IMG/VR virus record: IMGVR_UViG_3300032268_000832
Span: 1-64,000 of that record
DNA: 64,000 bases
Direction: 5' to 3' (one strand)
The position numbers were made by a program, and so were the translations under genes. Positions within the stretch are counted from its first letter, which is position 1, and every line of letters begins with the position of its first letter. This document shows positions 1-8,597 of the stretch, in pieces. The notes beneath the pieces were generated by a model. That model was not told the DNA's origin. It ran no database searches and saw only the letters and a list, made by a program, of their open reading frames with translations.

Positions 1-22
1 TAATCAATTAAATAATTTTATT

Positions 23-631
23 ATGGAAAACATTTTAGGTGGACTTAAAGTCCTTGAAGGTAAAACTGAAACCAAATCAATCATAGAGGGTGTTTCGAGT
101 GAATTAAATGGAAAATTCACAATGAAACGTGGTAATTTCAGTATTGATTTAACTTACTATGCTCGTTTGTATGAAAAAAGTTTAAACGATAAAACTCAAA
201 TTGTTATAGCGATTGATGATTGGGAAATTCAAGATAGTACAAATGCAATGCTTGGGGATTTACCGATTGACAATGTTGGTTCTTTGCAAACTCAATTAAA
301 AAATAGTGGTTTATCTACACTTGCCAACAAGATAGGTTTTAATAGTGATGAAGAAAAACAAGCGTTATGTGAGGTTATTAAAAACCACAAATATTTTAAA
401 GTGATATTTGGGAAAAATGCAATTCTTTGGGAATCGTTAACTAAAGATGAACAAAAACTAATGGAGTTAAAGTATGTTTGTGAAAACTACGAAACTTGTG
501 GCGATTTTTATAAAAAAGAAATTGGTGCGTTTTATGGTATTAACAAAGACCCTAACGATGAAAATAACTACGATATAGTTATTCCAACACTTGAAATTTG
601 TCAGCAGAAGTTAGCTGAATTAAGTAAATAA
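23..631 (+). CDS. hypothetical early protein (202 aa)
   Basis: Long ORF with AT-rich CAATTAAAT leader; no recognisable motif. Confidence 0.8.
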   Translation: MENILGGLKVLEGKTETKSIIEGVSSELNGKFTMKRGNFSIDLTYYARLYEKSLNDKTQIVIAIDDWEIQDSTNAMLGDLPIDNVGSLQTQLKNSGLSTLANKIGFNSDEEKQALCEVIKNHKYFKVIFGKNAILWESLTKDEQKLMELKYVCENYETCGDFYKKEIGAFYGINKDPNDENNYDIVIPTLEICQQKLAELSK

Positions 632-671
632 TTTATTTCCATTCTATATATTTATTTATTTCTGAAAAAAT

Positions 672-700
672 CGACACTACTATTTGGTAGTGTCGGTTTT
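672..700 (+). terminator. intrinsic terminator overlapping the -33 box of the next promoter
   Basis: CGACACTAC-tatttg-GTAGTGTCG followed by TTTT. Confidence 0.7.
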
Positions 701-738
701 ATTCTTACCTTTGCACCACCAATTTAAAATAAAATGTT

Positions 739-1038
739 ATGGAACTATTAGTAGAACACATTGAATTAAACCACCCTTTGGCAAATGAGAATAGTACTTA
801 TAATGTCTTTTTAAAAGACAAGAAAGCCAAAAAACCTATCTTTGTTGCAGTTGAGAATAACGGAAAACAAAGACTTGAATTTGAGTTGTCAGGCGACCAT
901 AAATTGATTGCCAAGAATTTTAGAAAAGTAATTTTACAATATAGACTTGGTACTTTTACCGATGAAGACCAAGTAACCCTTGCTGATATTTTTATGTACG
1001 GCAAATTTAACTTATTGATTGACCATAACGTTAATTAA
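739..1038 (+). CDS. hypothetical early protein (99 aa)
   Basis: ATG 26 nt after promoter; followed by hairpin. Confidence 0.8.
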   Translation: MELLVEHIELNHPLANENSTYNVFLKDKKAKKPIFVAVENNGKQRLEFELSGDHKLIAKNFRKVILQYRLGTFTDEDQVTLADIFMYGKFNLLIDHNVN

Positions 1039-1055
1039 TTTAATTGGTGTGAACT

Positions 1056-1085
1056 TCCCGCAGAAATGCGGGATTTTCTTTTTAT
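1056..1085 (+). terminator. intrinsic terminator
   Basis: TCCCGC-agaaat-GCGGGA plus T-rich tail. Confidence 0.7.
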
Positions 1086-1165
1086 AAAAAAAAATGTTAA
1101 AATTTTTGGTAGTGTAAAATAATTGTTATACATTTGTATCGTTAAACCAATTAAATTATATCGTT

Positions 1166-1489
1166 ATGGATTATGTTAATAAAGTTCTTATTTCACTGAC
1201 CGACAATTATGGGTTTGAGTTTGGTAAGAATTACAAAGTTGTTTCTGACAATGGTCGAGAATTAGAATTTGAGAACGGACAACGTTTCTTCAAAGATAGA
1301 ATTGATTTGCATTTTGGCAAAAACTATTCAGAACTATTTGCCAAAGTAAAATATATTGTTGATACCAAAGAAATAGAAAACCATAAATTGTGTATTGAAA
1401 ATATTAGATTGGATAATAGAGTTATCAATAACAAAAAGAAGTTTGCCGAGAACGATAAGTATATCAACCGACTTAAAAAACTTTTGTAA
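1166..1489 (+). CDS. hypothetical early protein (107 aa)
   Basis: ORF behind promoter-leader repeat. Confidence 0.8.
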   Translation: MDYVNKVLISLTDNYGFEFGKNYKVVSDNGRELEFENGQRFFKDRIDLHFGKNYSELFAKVKYIVDTKEIENHKLCIENIRLDNRVINNKKKFAENDKYINRLKKLL

Positions 1490-1551
1490 ATATATTTGGT
1501 AGTGTAAAATATTTGTTATATCTTTGCATAGTTAAACCAATTAAATTAGTT

Positions 1552-1833
1552 ATGGCACATTCAAAAGAATTAATAGCTTTCAAAAAAAGTTTTGAAACCA
1601 ATACAAATATTAAAGTTTTTGGTGTTGAAGAAAATAGAACTTATTATCATTGGAAACGATTGATATTACCAAGTTTAAATTGTCAGGATATGTTAAAAGT
1701 TTCAAACTACATTTCAAACAATTTTTCAACACCAAATAAATTTACTCACTTACAAGTTTCATTGGGAACATATAATGGTAATTTAACCTTAACTTGTGAT
1801 GTTACATATATTAAAGAATTTATTATTAAATAA
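1552..1833 (+). CDS. hypothetical early protein (93 aa; start moved from 1513 to ATG 1552)
   Basis: The track's TTG start lies inside the promoter; ATG 1552 follows the conserved leader. Confidence 0.75.
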   Translation: MAHSKELIAFKKSFETNTNIKVFGVEENRTYYHWKRLILPSLNCQDMLKVSNYISNNFSTPNKFTHLQVSLGTYNGNLTLTCDVTYIKEFIIK

Positions 1834-1839
1834 CCCAGT

Positions 1840-1854
1840 GTACACATTTGTGTC
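1840..1854 (+). promoter_or_regulatory. second-class palindromic motif GTACACATTTGTGTC (also at 8743-8757, 11638-11652, variant 12108-12122)
   Basis: Interrupted palindrome ACACA-TT-TGTGT, 32-35 nt upstream of an ATG in three copies. Confidence 0.55.
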
Positions 1855-1886
1855 ATACACGTATAACCAATTAAATTAAATGACTT

Positions 1887-2306
1887 ATGTATGAAGTTAA
1901 TGAGATAGTAAAAGATTTAATAAAAACCGAAACAGGTATTGATATAAACGAAACAAGCCGATTAAGACCGATAGTTGAAATACGTTCACTTTATTATAAA
2001 ATAGTAAGGGAATTAGCACCAACACAAAGTTATCATCTTATTGGTAAGAGTGTGAAAAAAGACCACGCAAGCGTTATGTATGGTATTGCACAATTTGAGT
2101 TATATGCCAAGTATAATAAGCGTTTAATGTTACATTATCATAATATTAAAAATGCGTTCCTTAAACTTTATGACCATAACAATATTATTGCTTTGGATAT
2201 GGAAATTCAAATATTGGAGTATAAAATAAAAATGCTTAAAGAAAAAAGACTTGAATTAATTAATGCAACAATATTAGAGAATGGTGTTTCTGAACAGCAA
2301 GGGTAA
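1887..2306 (+). CDS. DnaA C-terminal (domain IV)-like HTH protein
   Basis: SRLRPIVEIRSLYYKIVRE...IGKSVKKDHASVMYG resembles the DnaA domain IV signature (IG..F.RDHTTV.HA). Confidence 0.6.
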   Translation: MYEVNEIVKDLIKTETGIDINETSRLRPIVEIRSLYYKIVRELAPTQSYHLIGKSVKKDHASVMYGIAQFELYAKYNKRLMLHYHNIKNAFLKLYDHNNIIALDMEIQILEYKIKMLKEKRLELINATILENGVSEQQG

Positions 2307-2394
2307 GGATTGGTATATTATAAAGGGATATAAAATATGGGCGGAAAGCAAAGAACAAGCCGAACAATTATATGAAAAAATAAAAAATTTTTAA
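2281..2394 (+). CDS. small hypothetical protein (37 aa, MVFLNSKGKDWYIIKGYKIWAESKEQAEQLYEKIKNF)
   Basis: Hand-translated; overlaps the previous gene's end and fills the gap before the next promoter. Confidence 0.45.
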   Translation: MVFLNSKGKDWYIIKGYKIWAESKEQAEQLYEKIKNF

Positions 2395-2462
2395 TAATAA
2401 ATTTGGTATATTAAAAAATTGTTATATATTTGCACTCACAAACCAATTAAATTTATTATATT

Positions 2463-2732
2463 ATGACAAGACAATTTACTGAAAGAATTGAATACAAAGG
2501 CACACGCTTTGAATCTAAAGTGGGTGTTGAATTTGACCAAGAAAATTGGAATGAGCTTTGGAATAAGGGTGTTATGAATGAAAACCAAATTGTATTGGCA
2601 AATGATTGGGAAACCACTTTTCCACCAAACAAATGGGGTACAAAGTATTCAAAGTATATGTATAGTGCAACGCTTGACAGATTAAGAGCGTGTACCTTTG
2701 GCGAGTTTTATGGTGGTGGTATCGTTGATTAA
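2463..2732 (+). CDS. hypothetical early protein (89 aa)
   Basis: ORF behind promoter-leader repeat. Confidence 0.8.
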   Translation: MTRQFTERIEYKGTRFESKVGVEFDQENWNELWNKGVMNENQIVLANDWETTFPPNKWGTKYSKYMYSATLDRLRACTFGEFYGGGIVD

Positions 2733-2744
2733 ATTAAATGACTT

Positions 2745-2951
2745 ATGAAACTATTAAAAAAATTAGTCAATTTAAACACTGGGTATTGGCTTGAAACACG
2801 TTTATATCAATACAAAGGTAAACTTGAAATTGGTTATGTTCTTTATCAAGGATATACCATATTTGGAATAAATGGTAAAGATAGAATTAATGTTTATGTT
2901 GATTTAAAAGACGCTAAAGAAGATTTAGAAAAACTTAATTTAACTGATTAA
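2745..2951 (+). CDS. hypothetical early protein (68 aa)
   Basis: Preceded by short leader ATTAAATTAAATGACTTATG. Confidence 0.75.
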   Translation: MKLLKKLVNLNTGYWLETRLYQYKGKLEIGYVLYQGYTIFGINGKDRINVYVDLKDAKEDLEKLNLTD

Positions 2952-2963
2952 ATTTAATAACTT

Positions 2964-3257
2964 ATGAAAAATAAAGAATTTGGGTTAGTATTAGATTTAA
3001 CTTGGTTAGAAACCAATGAAAGTGTGTTTGCAATATTGGAACGATTTGCAATTAATTTTTATCGTTTTGTTAATAACAAACACGAAATTAAATTAAATGA
3101 CGATAAAGATAAATTATGCGAGTTTCTTAAATCAAATAATATTGATTTCACTTGTGAAGTTAGCAGAGCAGATGAAAAAGATTTTTGGGTTTCATTTGAA
3201 TTAAAAGCTGATACCTATTTAGACGTTACAGACCGAATTGAATTAAGAGCAAGATAA
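2964..3257 (+). CDS. hypothetical early protein (97 aa)
   Basis: Preceded by ATTAAATTTAATAACTTATG leader. Confidence 0.75.
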   Translation: MKNKEFGLVLDLTWLETNESVFAILERFAINFYRFVNNKHEIKLNDDKDKLCEFLKSNNIDFTCEVSRADEKDFWVSFELKADTYLDVTDRIELRAR

Positions 3258-3269
3258 ATTAAATGGCTT

Positions 3270-3437
3270 ATGTTATACGATGAAAATAACCGAGTTATGA
3301 TTAACTCAATTAGTGAAGTAAACAACGCTAAATATAGAGTATCACTAAAAAGAAAAATTAGAAAATTTATACCTAAAGTATTACATAGTTCAATTAATAA
3401 TTTAAGTACAGAAACTTTAGAAAATATTTCATTTTAA
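3270..3437 (+). CDS. hypothetical early protein (55 aa, below track cut-off)
   Basis: Leader ATAAATTAAATGGCTTATG; hand translation MLYDENNRVMINS...ENISF. Confidence 0.6.
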   Translation: MLYDENNRVMINSISEVNNAKYRVSLKRKIRKFIPKVLHSSINNLSTETLENISF

Positions 3438-3508
3438 TATAAAAATATTTGGTAGTTTAAAATATTGTTATATCTTTGCACTCACAAACCAATTAAATTA
3501 AATGTATT

Positions 3509-4006
3509 ATGGAAAATTCAATTTTAAATTACGACTTAACAACATTAAAAAATATTGTTAATAAAAAAAATGTTAATGAAATTATTTTTAAAATTTTTGA
3601 TGACGATAAAAAACCAAATTGGACACCATTAATAAAAGTGGCTACTTTAAAAAAGAAAAGAGAAGAAAATTTAAGATACAATGGGGTTGTTAGTTCGTTT
3701 AATTCTAATGACGATTATAAGTTAGCTAAACTACTTATCAATAGTGGTGCTGATTTAAACTATCAAGATAAAAACGGAAATACCGCTTTGATTTATTGTG
3801 TTTATTATAATAATATTAAATTATTAAAATTATTAATTAAGTCAGGTGCTGATTTGAACATAAAAGATAATAATGGTTCAAGTGCATTAATAATTGCGGG
3901 TTATTCAAATAAATTTAATATTGGCGACATTTTAATTAAGTCAGGTGCTGACCAAAGAATAAAAAATAATAACGGAGATAATTATAGTATCTTTTTAAAT
4001 AAATGA
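3509..4006 (+). CDS. ankyrin-repeat protein
   Basis: Repeats LLINSGADLNYQDKNGNTAL / LLIKSGADLNIKDNNGSSAL / ILIKSGADQRIKNNNG. Confidence 0.9.
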   Translation: MENSILNYDLTTLKNIVNKKNVNEIIFKIFDDDKKPNWTPLIKVATLKKKREENLRYNGVVSSFNSNDDYKLAKLLINSGADLNYQDKNGNTALIYCVYYNNIKLLKLLIKSGADLNIKDNNGSSALIIAGYSNKFNIGDILIKSGADQRIKNNNGDNYSIFLNK

Positions 4007-4299
4007 AATACATAGACGATTTAAGTTTCTCAAACATTATCAATTTGATACAAGGAGAAGAAATAAAAGGTGCTGATATTCTAAATAATATCGCACACGA
4101 AATGGAAGAAAATAATAAAATAATTGAAAAACTTGAAAGCGATTTGGCTCGTGCTAAAAGTCGTAAAGGTGTTTTAATTGAAGGTTCTCAAAGAGTATTA
4201 CAACACTTGAAAAAAGAATATCCGTTAGCAGTTCAAAGGAATGGTTACATAGTTGTGGTTACAAAAGAAAAAATATCAATTGAACGCAATGTCTTGTAG
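4003..4299 (+). CDS. hypothetical protein (98 aa, coiled-coil), followed by attC-like hairpin
   Basis: ORF track; overlaps ankyrin gene stop. Confidence 0.7.
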   Translation: MKYIDDLSFSNIINLIQGEEIKGADILNNIAHEMEENNKIIEKLESDLARAKSRKGVLIEGSQRVLQHLKKEYPLAVQRNGYIVVVTKEKISIERNVL

Positions 4300-4304
4300 C
4301 ATTA

Positions 4305-4440
4305 CTGCCAACGTTTGATGATTGTATTAGTAGCGTTCTAAAATTACCAAACGTTTCAGATTAAAAATTAGATTACAATAAAACGCAAAACATTAAATTA
4401 TTCACAAACGTAGCTATTGATACAATTATTTGTTAGTAGC
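4305..4440 (+). mobile_element. solo attC-like inverted-repeat element
   Basis: CTGCCAAC-gttt-[18 bp stem 4317-4334 / 4413-4430, four G-T pairs]-t-GTTAGTAG. Confidence 0.5.
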
Positions 4441-4460
4441 TGTGTTTAAATTCAAAAATT

Positions 4461-4688
4461 ATGGAAAAATCAGCAGTACAATTTTTAGTGATAAAATTAG
4501 AAGAATTAATGTTAAAAAATGACTTCAATGAAATTTCAGATGAAGAATATTTGAAAGAAAAAGAAAATATTTTGATTATATCTAAACATAAAGAAAAAGA
4601 AAATATGATTAACTTTTTAAAGTCAGTTTTTCAACAAGAAAATTTTGATTATGAAAAAGCTTATAACGATTTTTTAAAACAAAAGTAA
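4461..4688 (+). CDS. hypothetical protein (75 aa)
   Basis: ORF starts 20 nt after the attC-like site. Confidence 0.75.
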   Translation: MEKSAVQFLVIKLEELMLKNDFNEISDEEYLKEKENILIISKHKEKENMINFLKSVFQQENFDYEKAYNDFLKQK

Positions 4689-4689
4689 A

Positions 4690-4887
4690 ATGATAAAAGT
4701 AAATTTAAAATTAATTAGTGAATTTCTCCCGTCAAAAGAAGAAGAAATTGAAATTACATTAGCTGAAATTATTGAATTAGCTAAAGAAAAAATAAAAAAT
4801 CAATATGAAAATGATGTTTATAATACTATTATTTATAAAGGATTTTCTTTTACAGATTCATTAAAAGAAAAAGAAGATATAAAATAA
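4690..4887 (+). CDS. hypothetical protein (65 aa)
   Basis: Tightly coupled ORF. Confidence 0.65.
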   Translation: MIKVNLKLISEFLPSKEEEIEITLAEIIELAKEKIKNQYENDVYNTIIYKGFSFTDSLKEKEDIK

Positions 4888-4944
4888 TTTTTTTATTTCG
4901 GAAATATTTCATATATTTGCATAACAATTTAAAAACAAATAGAA

Positions 4945-5400
4945 ATGAAACTAATAAAAATGACAGATTATATTTCACAAAAAAGAGATATAATAGACGA
5001 AGAAATGAGTAACGAAGACAGATTAACTATTTTACAATGTATTTTTGATTATAGTAAATTTTTAAAGACACCCTTAAAGTTAGATATGTTTATCCCTTGT
5101 GATGAAAAAATGAACATTTTAAAAAAACCTAAAAACAAAAGTAATTTAGGTAGTGGAAAAACTGATAGCGTTGAATTGTTAAAATACGAAAACAAGTTAA
5201 GAGATTACAGTTTTGCACTATCAAAGGTGTTATTTAAAGATTTTCATTTACACAAAGATGATGAAGATAACTTTAAAAAATGTGTTGCTACTCCTGGTTT
5301 TGTTTTACCATTTGAAGTATTATACACAATGAAAATTGAGGATATAGTTGATAACGATATTAAACTTACAAGTTTCGGACTTGCCACAATACATCAATAA
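4945..5400 (+). CDS. hypothetical protein (151 aa)
   Basis: ORF after a degenerate TAtaTTTG promoter. Confidence 0.8.
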   Translation: MKLIKMTDYISQKRDIIDEEMSNEDRLTILQCIFDYSKFLKTPLKLDMFIPCDEKMNILKKPKNKSNLGSGKTDSVELLKYENKLRDYSFALSKVLFKDFHLHKDDEDNFKKCVATPGFVLPFEVLYTMKIEDIVDNDIKLTSFGLATIHQ

Positions 5401-5509
5401 TTTAGTATAGTGTTTGTCGAAAATAAATAAAAAAGTTTTTAATAATTGTTTGGTAGTTTAATTAATTGTTATATATTTGCACTCACAAACCAATTAAATT
5501 TATTTAGTT

Positions 5510-5716
5510 ATGAGCAAATATCAAACAAAAATAGTTGACGCATTAAAAAACGGAGCTAAATTACAATGCACAGAGGGTGCTAATTATAAAACGTGGTTAG
5601 TTTACCCTAATGGTAAAATAGAAAATATTAGACGTGATTCAGCAAATAAAGTTTGTTTAGATTATGAAAATAAATTAGTGTTTGGGTTAAATGAGGGTAT
5701 AAGTTGGAAAAAATAA
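5510..5716 (+). CDS. hypothetical early protein (68 aa)
   Basis: ORF behind promoter-leader repeat. Confidence 0.8.
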   Translation: MSKYQTKIVDALKNGAKLQCTEGANYKTWLVYPNGKIENIRRDSANKVCLDYENKLVFGLNEGISWKK

Positions 5717-5726
5717 TTTTAATAAA

Positions 5727-5933
5727 ATGGAAGTCAAGTTAAAAAATGATGGCGAAAAAACCCCTAAAAGTATTCAAGCTGAAATTGAATTGAATAATAA
5801 AACAGATGATTGGGGTTATTTTAATCTTAAAATAATTGGATATGGAGGGAATGTTACACACGCTAAAATTAACTTAAAATATCAAATAGATGATTTAATT
5901 ACTGAACTACAAAATTTTAAAAATAGTTTATAA
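5727..5933 (+). CDS. hypothetical protein (68 aa)
   Basis: ORF track, A-rich leader. Confidence 0.7.
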   Translation: MEVKLKNDGEKTPKSIQAEIELNNKTDDWGYFNLKIIGYGGNVTHAKINLKYQIDDLITELQNFKNSL

Positions 5934-6003
5934 TTTATAATCTATACACACCAATATAGTTAAATTTTCGTTTTTTCAGTATATTTATATATAAAAAAAT
6001 AGT

Positions 6004-6264
6004 ATGGAAAACGAAATGAGAAAACACATTGACAAGTTTAATAATTTTATTAAAGAAGATATTATTAATAAAGGGGTTAAAACATCAACTAGGTTAGTTC
6101 AAGTTGATTATGAAGGTAAAAAAATGAACGCTGTTGCTATTGGATACGCATCTGGTCCTTATTTTAAGGAAGTTTATTATTTATTAGACGATATTCAATA
6201 TGATAATAATGATTTTAATAATGTAAAAGAAATTAATGGCTCGGATTTAATTATTGGTAGTTAA
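6004..6264 (+). CDS. hypothetical protein under a late-type promoter (86 aa)
   Basis: ATATTTAT at 5981-5988; N-terminus MENEMRKHIDKFNNFIKE ends in I-x-E. Confidence 0.75.
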   Translation: MENEMRKHIDKFNNFIKEDIINKGVKTSTRLVQVDYEGKKMNAVAIGYASGPYFKEVYYLLDDIQYDNNDFNNVKEINGSDLIIGS

Positions 6265-6280
6265 TTTTTTTTGGTATTAT

Positions 6281-6368
6281 ATAAATTAAATAACCCACTT
6301 AAAAAAAAGTGGGTTATTTATTTGGTATATTAAAATATTGTTATATCTTTGCACTCACAAACCAATTA
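6281..6368 (+). repeat. 88 bp perfect direct repeat, copy 1 (terminator + promoter + leader)
   Basis: Identical to 11033-11120; contains hairpin AATAACCCACT/AGTGGGTTATT. Confidence 0.9.
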
Positions 6369-6426
6369 TAAAAGTACAAAACAGAAAACAAATTAATAAC
6401 CAAAGCCTTAATTGCTACAATATATT

Positions 6427-6717
6427 GTTATGCATTCGGCTTTTTATCCACAATTATTATGGCAATTAAAATAGATGAATCACAGGAATATTTATTTGAA
6501 AAAAATCAAAATGTATGTGTTGTAGGTAAATTTCCAATCAATGCGACAAGATTATTTGTAACTAAACAAAAGAAAATAATAAAAGGCTATTGCACTTCTT
6601 GGTGGCAAAATGGTGGTCATTTTAAATCTTCTTTTTTGATTCTAAACGAAAGTTGCTCACAAGCTGATGCATAACGTTTTGCGTATAAAAAATCGTTTTA
6701 ATGTTTTTTATACGATG
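6427..6717 (+). mobile_element. integron-cassette-like unit 1 (one ORF plus attC-like hairpin)
   Basis: Starts GTTATGCATTCGGCTT; the gene ends in the complementary AAGCTGATGCATAAC (stop TAA inside TAAC); 11 bp stem 6682-6692/6704-6714; next GTT at 6717. Confidence 0.6.
6459..6674 (+). CDS. cassette-borne hypothetical protein (71 aa)
   Basis: Stop codon embedded in the TAAC inverse-core-like box. Confidence 0.7.
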   Translation: MAIKIDESQEYLFEKNQNVCVVGKFPINATRLFVTKQKKIIKGYCTSWWQNGGHFKSSFLILNESCSQADA

Positions 6718-6909
6718 TTATAAGATAGTATTTTTTGTGATAAAAGAAGCACCAAATGGTTGCTCAATGTAAAGATACCAACAATAAGGGTAGCGGGTGT
6801 ACAAAAGACCGTTTTAATACTATTTCGTTGGGTTTGGGTGGATGAAACTATAACTGCGGTTGAAACGTACCGTTCACAAAAAATATTTTTTATAACTAAT
6901 ATATGTTAT
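6717..6909 (+). mobile_element. integron-cassette-like unit 2 (non-coding or mini-ORF cargo)
   Basis: Start GTTATAAGATAGTATTTTTTGTG (6717-6739) pairs with end CACAAAAAATATTTTTTATAAC (6875-6896); followed by GTTAT at 6905. Confidence 0.55.
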
Positions 6910-7046
6910 TAATATTTGTTAACATTAATGAAATCAATACTTTAGTATAGTGTTTGTCGAAAATAGATAAAAAAGTTTTCTAAATATTTGGTAGTTTAAA
7001 ATATTGTTATATCTTTGCATCGTTAAACCAATTAAATTATATCGTT

Positions 7047-7205
7047 ATGAGTTCAAATAAAATGATTAAAAAATTATTATCAATAAATAATAATTATAAT
7101 AAAAAATGGTTAAAATCTTTATCTAAAGATTATTTAAACAAATTACTTATTGATAATATGATTATATCACAAGGTTGTCAAAATAAATTGATGTTAAATT
7201 TTTAA
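7047..7205 (+). CDS. hypothetical early protein (52 aa)
   Basis: ATG directly after promoter-leader 6987-7046; hand-translated. Confidence 0.55.
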   Translation: MSSNKMIKKLLSINNNYNKKWLKSLSKDYLNKLLIDNMIISQGCQNKLMLNF

Positions 7206-7219
7206 TTTTAAAATTAATT

Positions 7220-7630
7220 ATGGCTACAATAGAAAAAAAAGAATTTGCTTTATCACAATTAGCACCTTATTACGCTAACCCAAGCACTTGTGGGTATGAT
7301 AAAGAAAAGAAAACTTGTGAATACCTTACAACCGATGGGCGTATGTGTGTTGCAGGAAAGAATATGATTGAACCTAAAATTGGTTTAGTCAAGGGTATTG
7401 ATGATATACTTGCTGATTTAGACCACGAACAAGAGGGTTTATTTAAACCCGAAGTTGTTGGAATTTTAACATCAGTTGAATGGCGACGTATGCAATGTAT
7501 TCACGATAGTATTGCATTAGAACCAAACGACAAAGTTAGACTTAAAGTAACAATATTGCGATTAAATTTATTCACGATTGAAGAATTTGAGGAACGTGCA
7601 GAATTATTAAAAAATAATTTGGTAGTTTAA
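7220..7630 (+). CDS. hypothetical protein (136 aa)
   Basis: ORF track; Cys motifs CGY, CEY, CVAG. Confidence 0.8.
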   Translation: MATIEKKEFALSQLAPYYANPSTCGYDKEKKTCEYLTTDGRMCVAGKNMIEPKIGLVKGIDDILADLDHEQEGLFKPEVVGILTSVEWRRMQCIHDSIALEPNDKVRLKVTILRLNLFTIEEFEERAELLKNNLVV

Positions 7631-7677
7631 ATAATTGTTATATCTTTGCACTCACAAACCAATTAAATTAAATTGAT

Positions 7678-7956
7678 ATGAATTTAGTAGATAAAAGCGA
7701 ATTAGGAAATATTGAAGAAACTAAAATAATAGAATATAAAAATGGTGTTATTCAAGGTATTAAATTAGTTAGAACTAAAGCAACAGGGGAAGTTAGAACA
7801 CAATATATTGCTTATTTAAAACATAGTGTTTACCCAAGTGGAATTTTACGTTTTGAAACTTGTTTAAATGGTGGTGTTATTACAAACGTAAATCAAGCAA
7901 TTAACCAAGCAAAAATATTTGTTGATTGGAAAACAACAAAAGATTTGGTAAATTAA
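7678..7956 (+). CDS. hypothetical early protein (92 aa)
   Basis: ORF behind promoter-leader repeat. Confidence 0.8.
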   Translation: MNLVDKSELGNIEETKIIEYKNGVIQGIKLVRTKATGEVRTQYIAYLKHSVYPSGILRFETCLNGGVITNVNQAINQAKIFVDWKTTKDLVN

Positions 7957-8005
7957 AATAATTGTTATATCTTTGCACTCACAAACCAATTAAAACACTT
8001 AAACA

Positions 8006-8221
8006 ATGAAAAAATTAGTAGTATTATTTATCGTTTCAATAACATTCGTTTCTTGTTATTCAACCAAAGAAATTGTTGATGTACCATTAAAAGATGTTTA
8101 CATTCAATATAAAGAAACTAAATATCAAGTGTATAGATGTAGTGATAAATTTAATTATATTCTTAAATTAGACAAAAAAGGTAGATTGATTAGACAACAA
8201 GTTTATCTTGGTATAAAATAA
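8006..8221 (+). CDS. putative lipoprotein (71 aa)
   Basis: MKK + hydrophobic stretch + lipobox FVS-C17. Confidence 0.7.
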   Translation: MKKLVVLFIVSITFVSCYSTKEIVDVPLKDVYIQYKETKYQVYRCSDKFNYILKLDKKGRLIRQQVYLGIK

Positions 8222-8273
8222 ATATTTTTATATATTTGCACTCACAAACCAATTAAATTAAATTAAATGTATT

Positions 8274-8597
8274 ATGGCAGTTACTAATAGATACGCAAAA
8301 AGACTTCTTTTGGTTGATGAACTAATCAAGTTGAAGTATGATGTTTCCCCGAAGAAAATTAGTCCAAGAAAAAAGAGTTATATTATATCGAAAGATAATA
8401 TAATTTATAGAATGGATTTTAATACTGATTGGGTTACAATTAATCAAGACCAAGATAAATTGTATTGCGGAATAAATTTATTGAGTGGTAAAAGAATTGC
8501 TAATTGTATGGATAATCATTTGGTAAAGTTATTTAATGATGTTGTAGGTATTTTATATAATAAAACTAATATTAACGTACCAACAATTATTTTATAA
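8274..8597 (+). CDS. hypothetical early protein (107 aa)
   Basis: ORF behind promoter-leader repeat. Confidence 0.8.
   Translation: MAVTNRYAKRLLLVDELIKLKYDVSPKKISPRKKSYIISKDNIIYRMDFNTDWVTINQDQDKLYCGINLLSGKRIANCMDNHLVKLFNDVVGILYNKTNINVPTIIL

Noticed and set aside
6740-6875. tRNA gene
   Set aside because: No cloverleaf or TpsiC (GTTCRA) arm found; I recognised no tRNA or rRNA anywhere in the window
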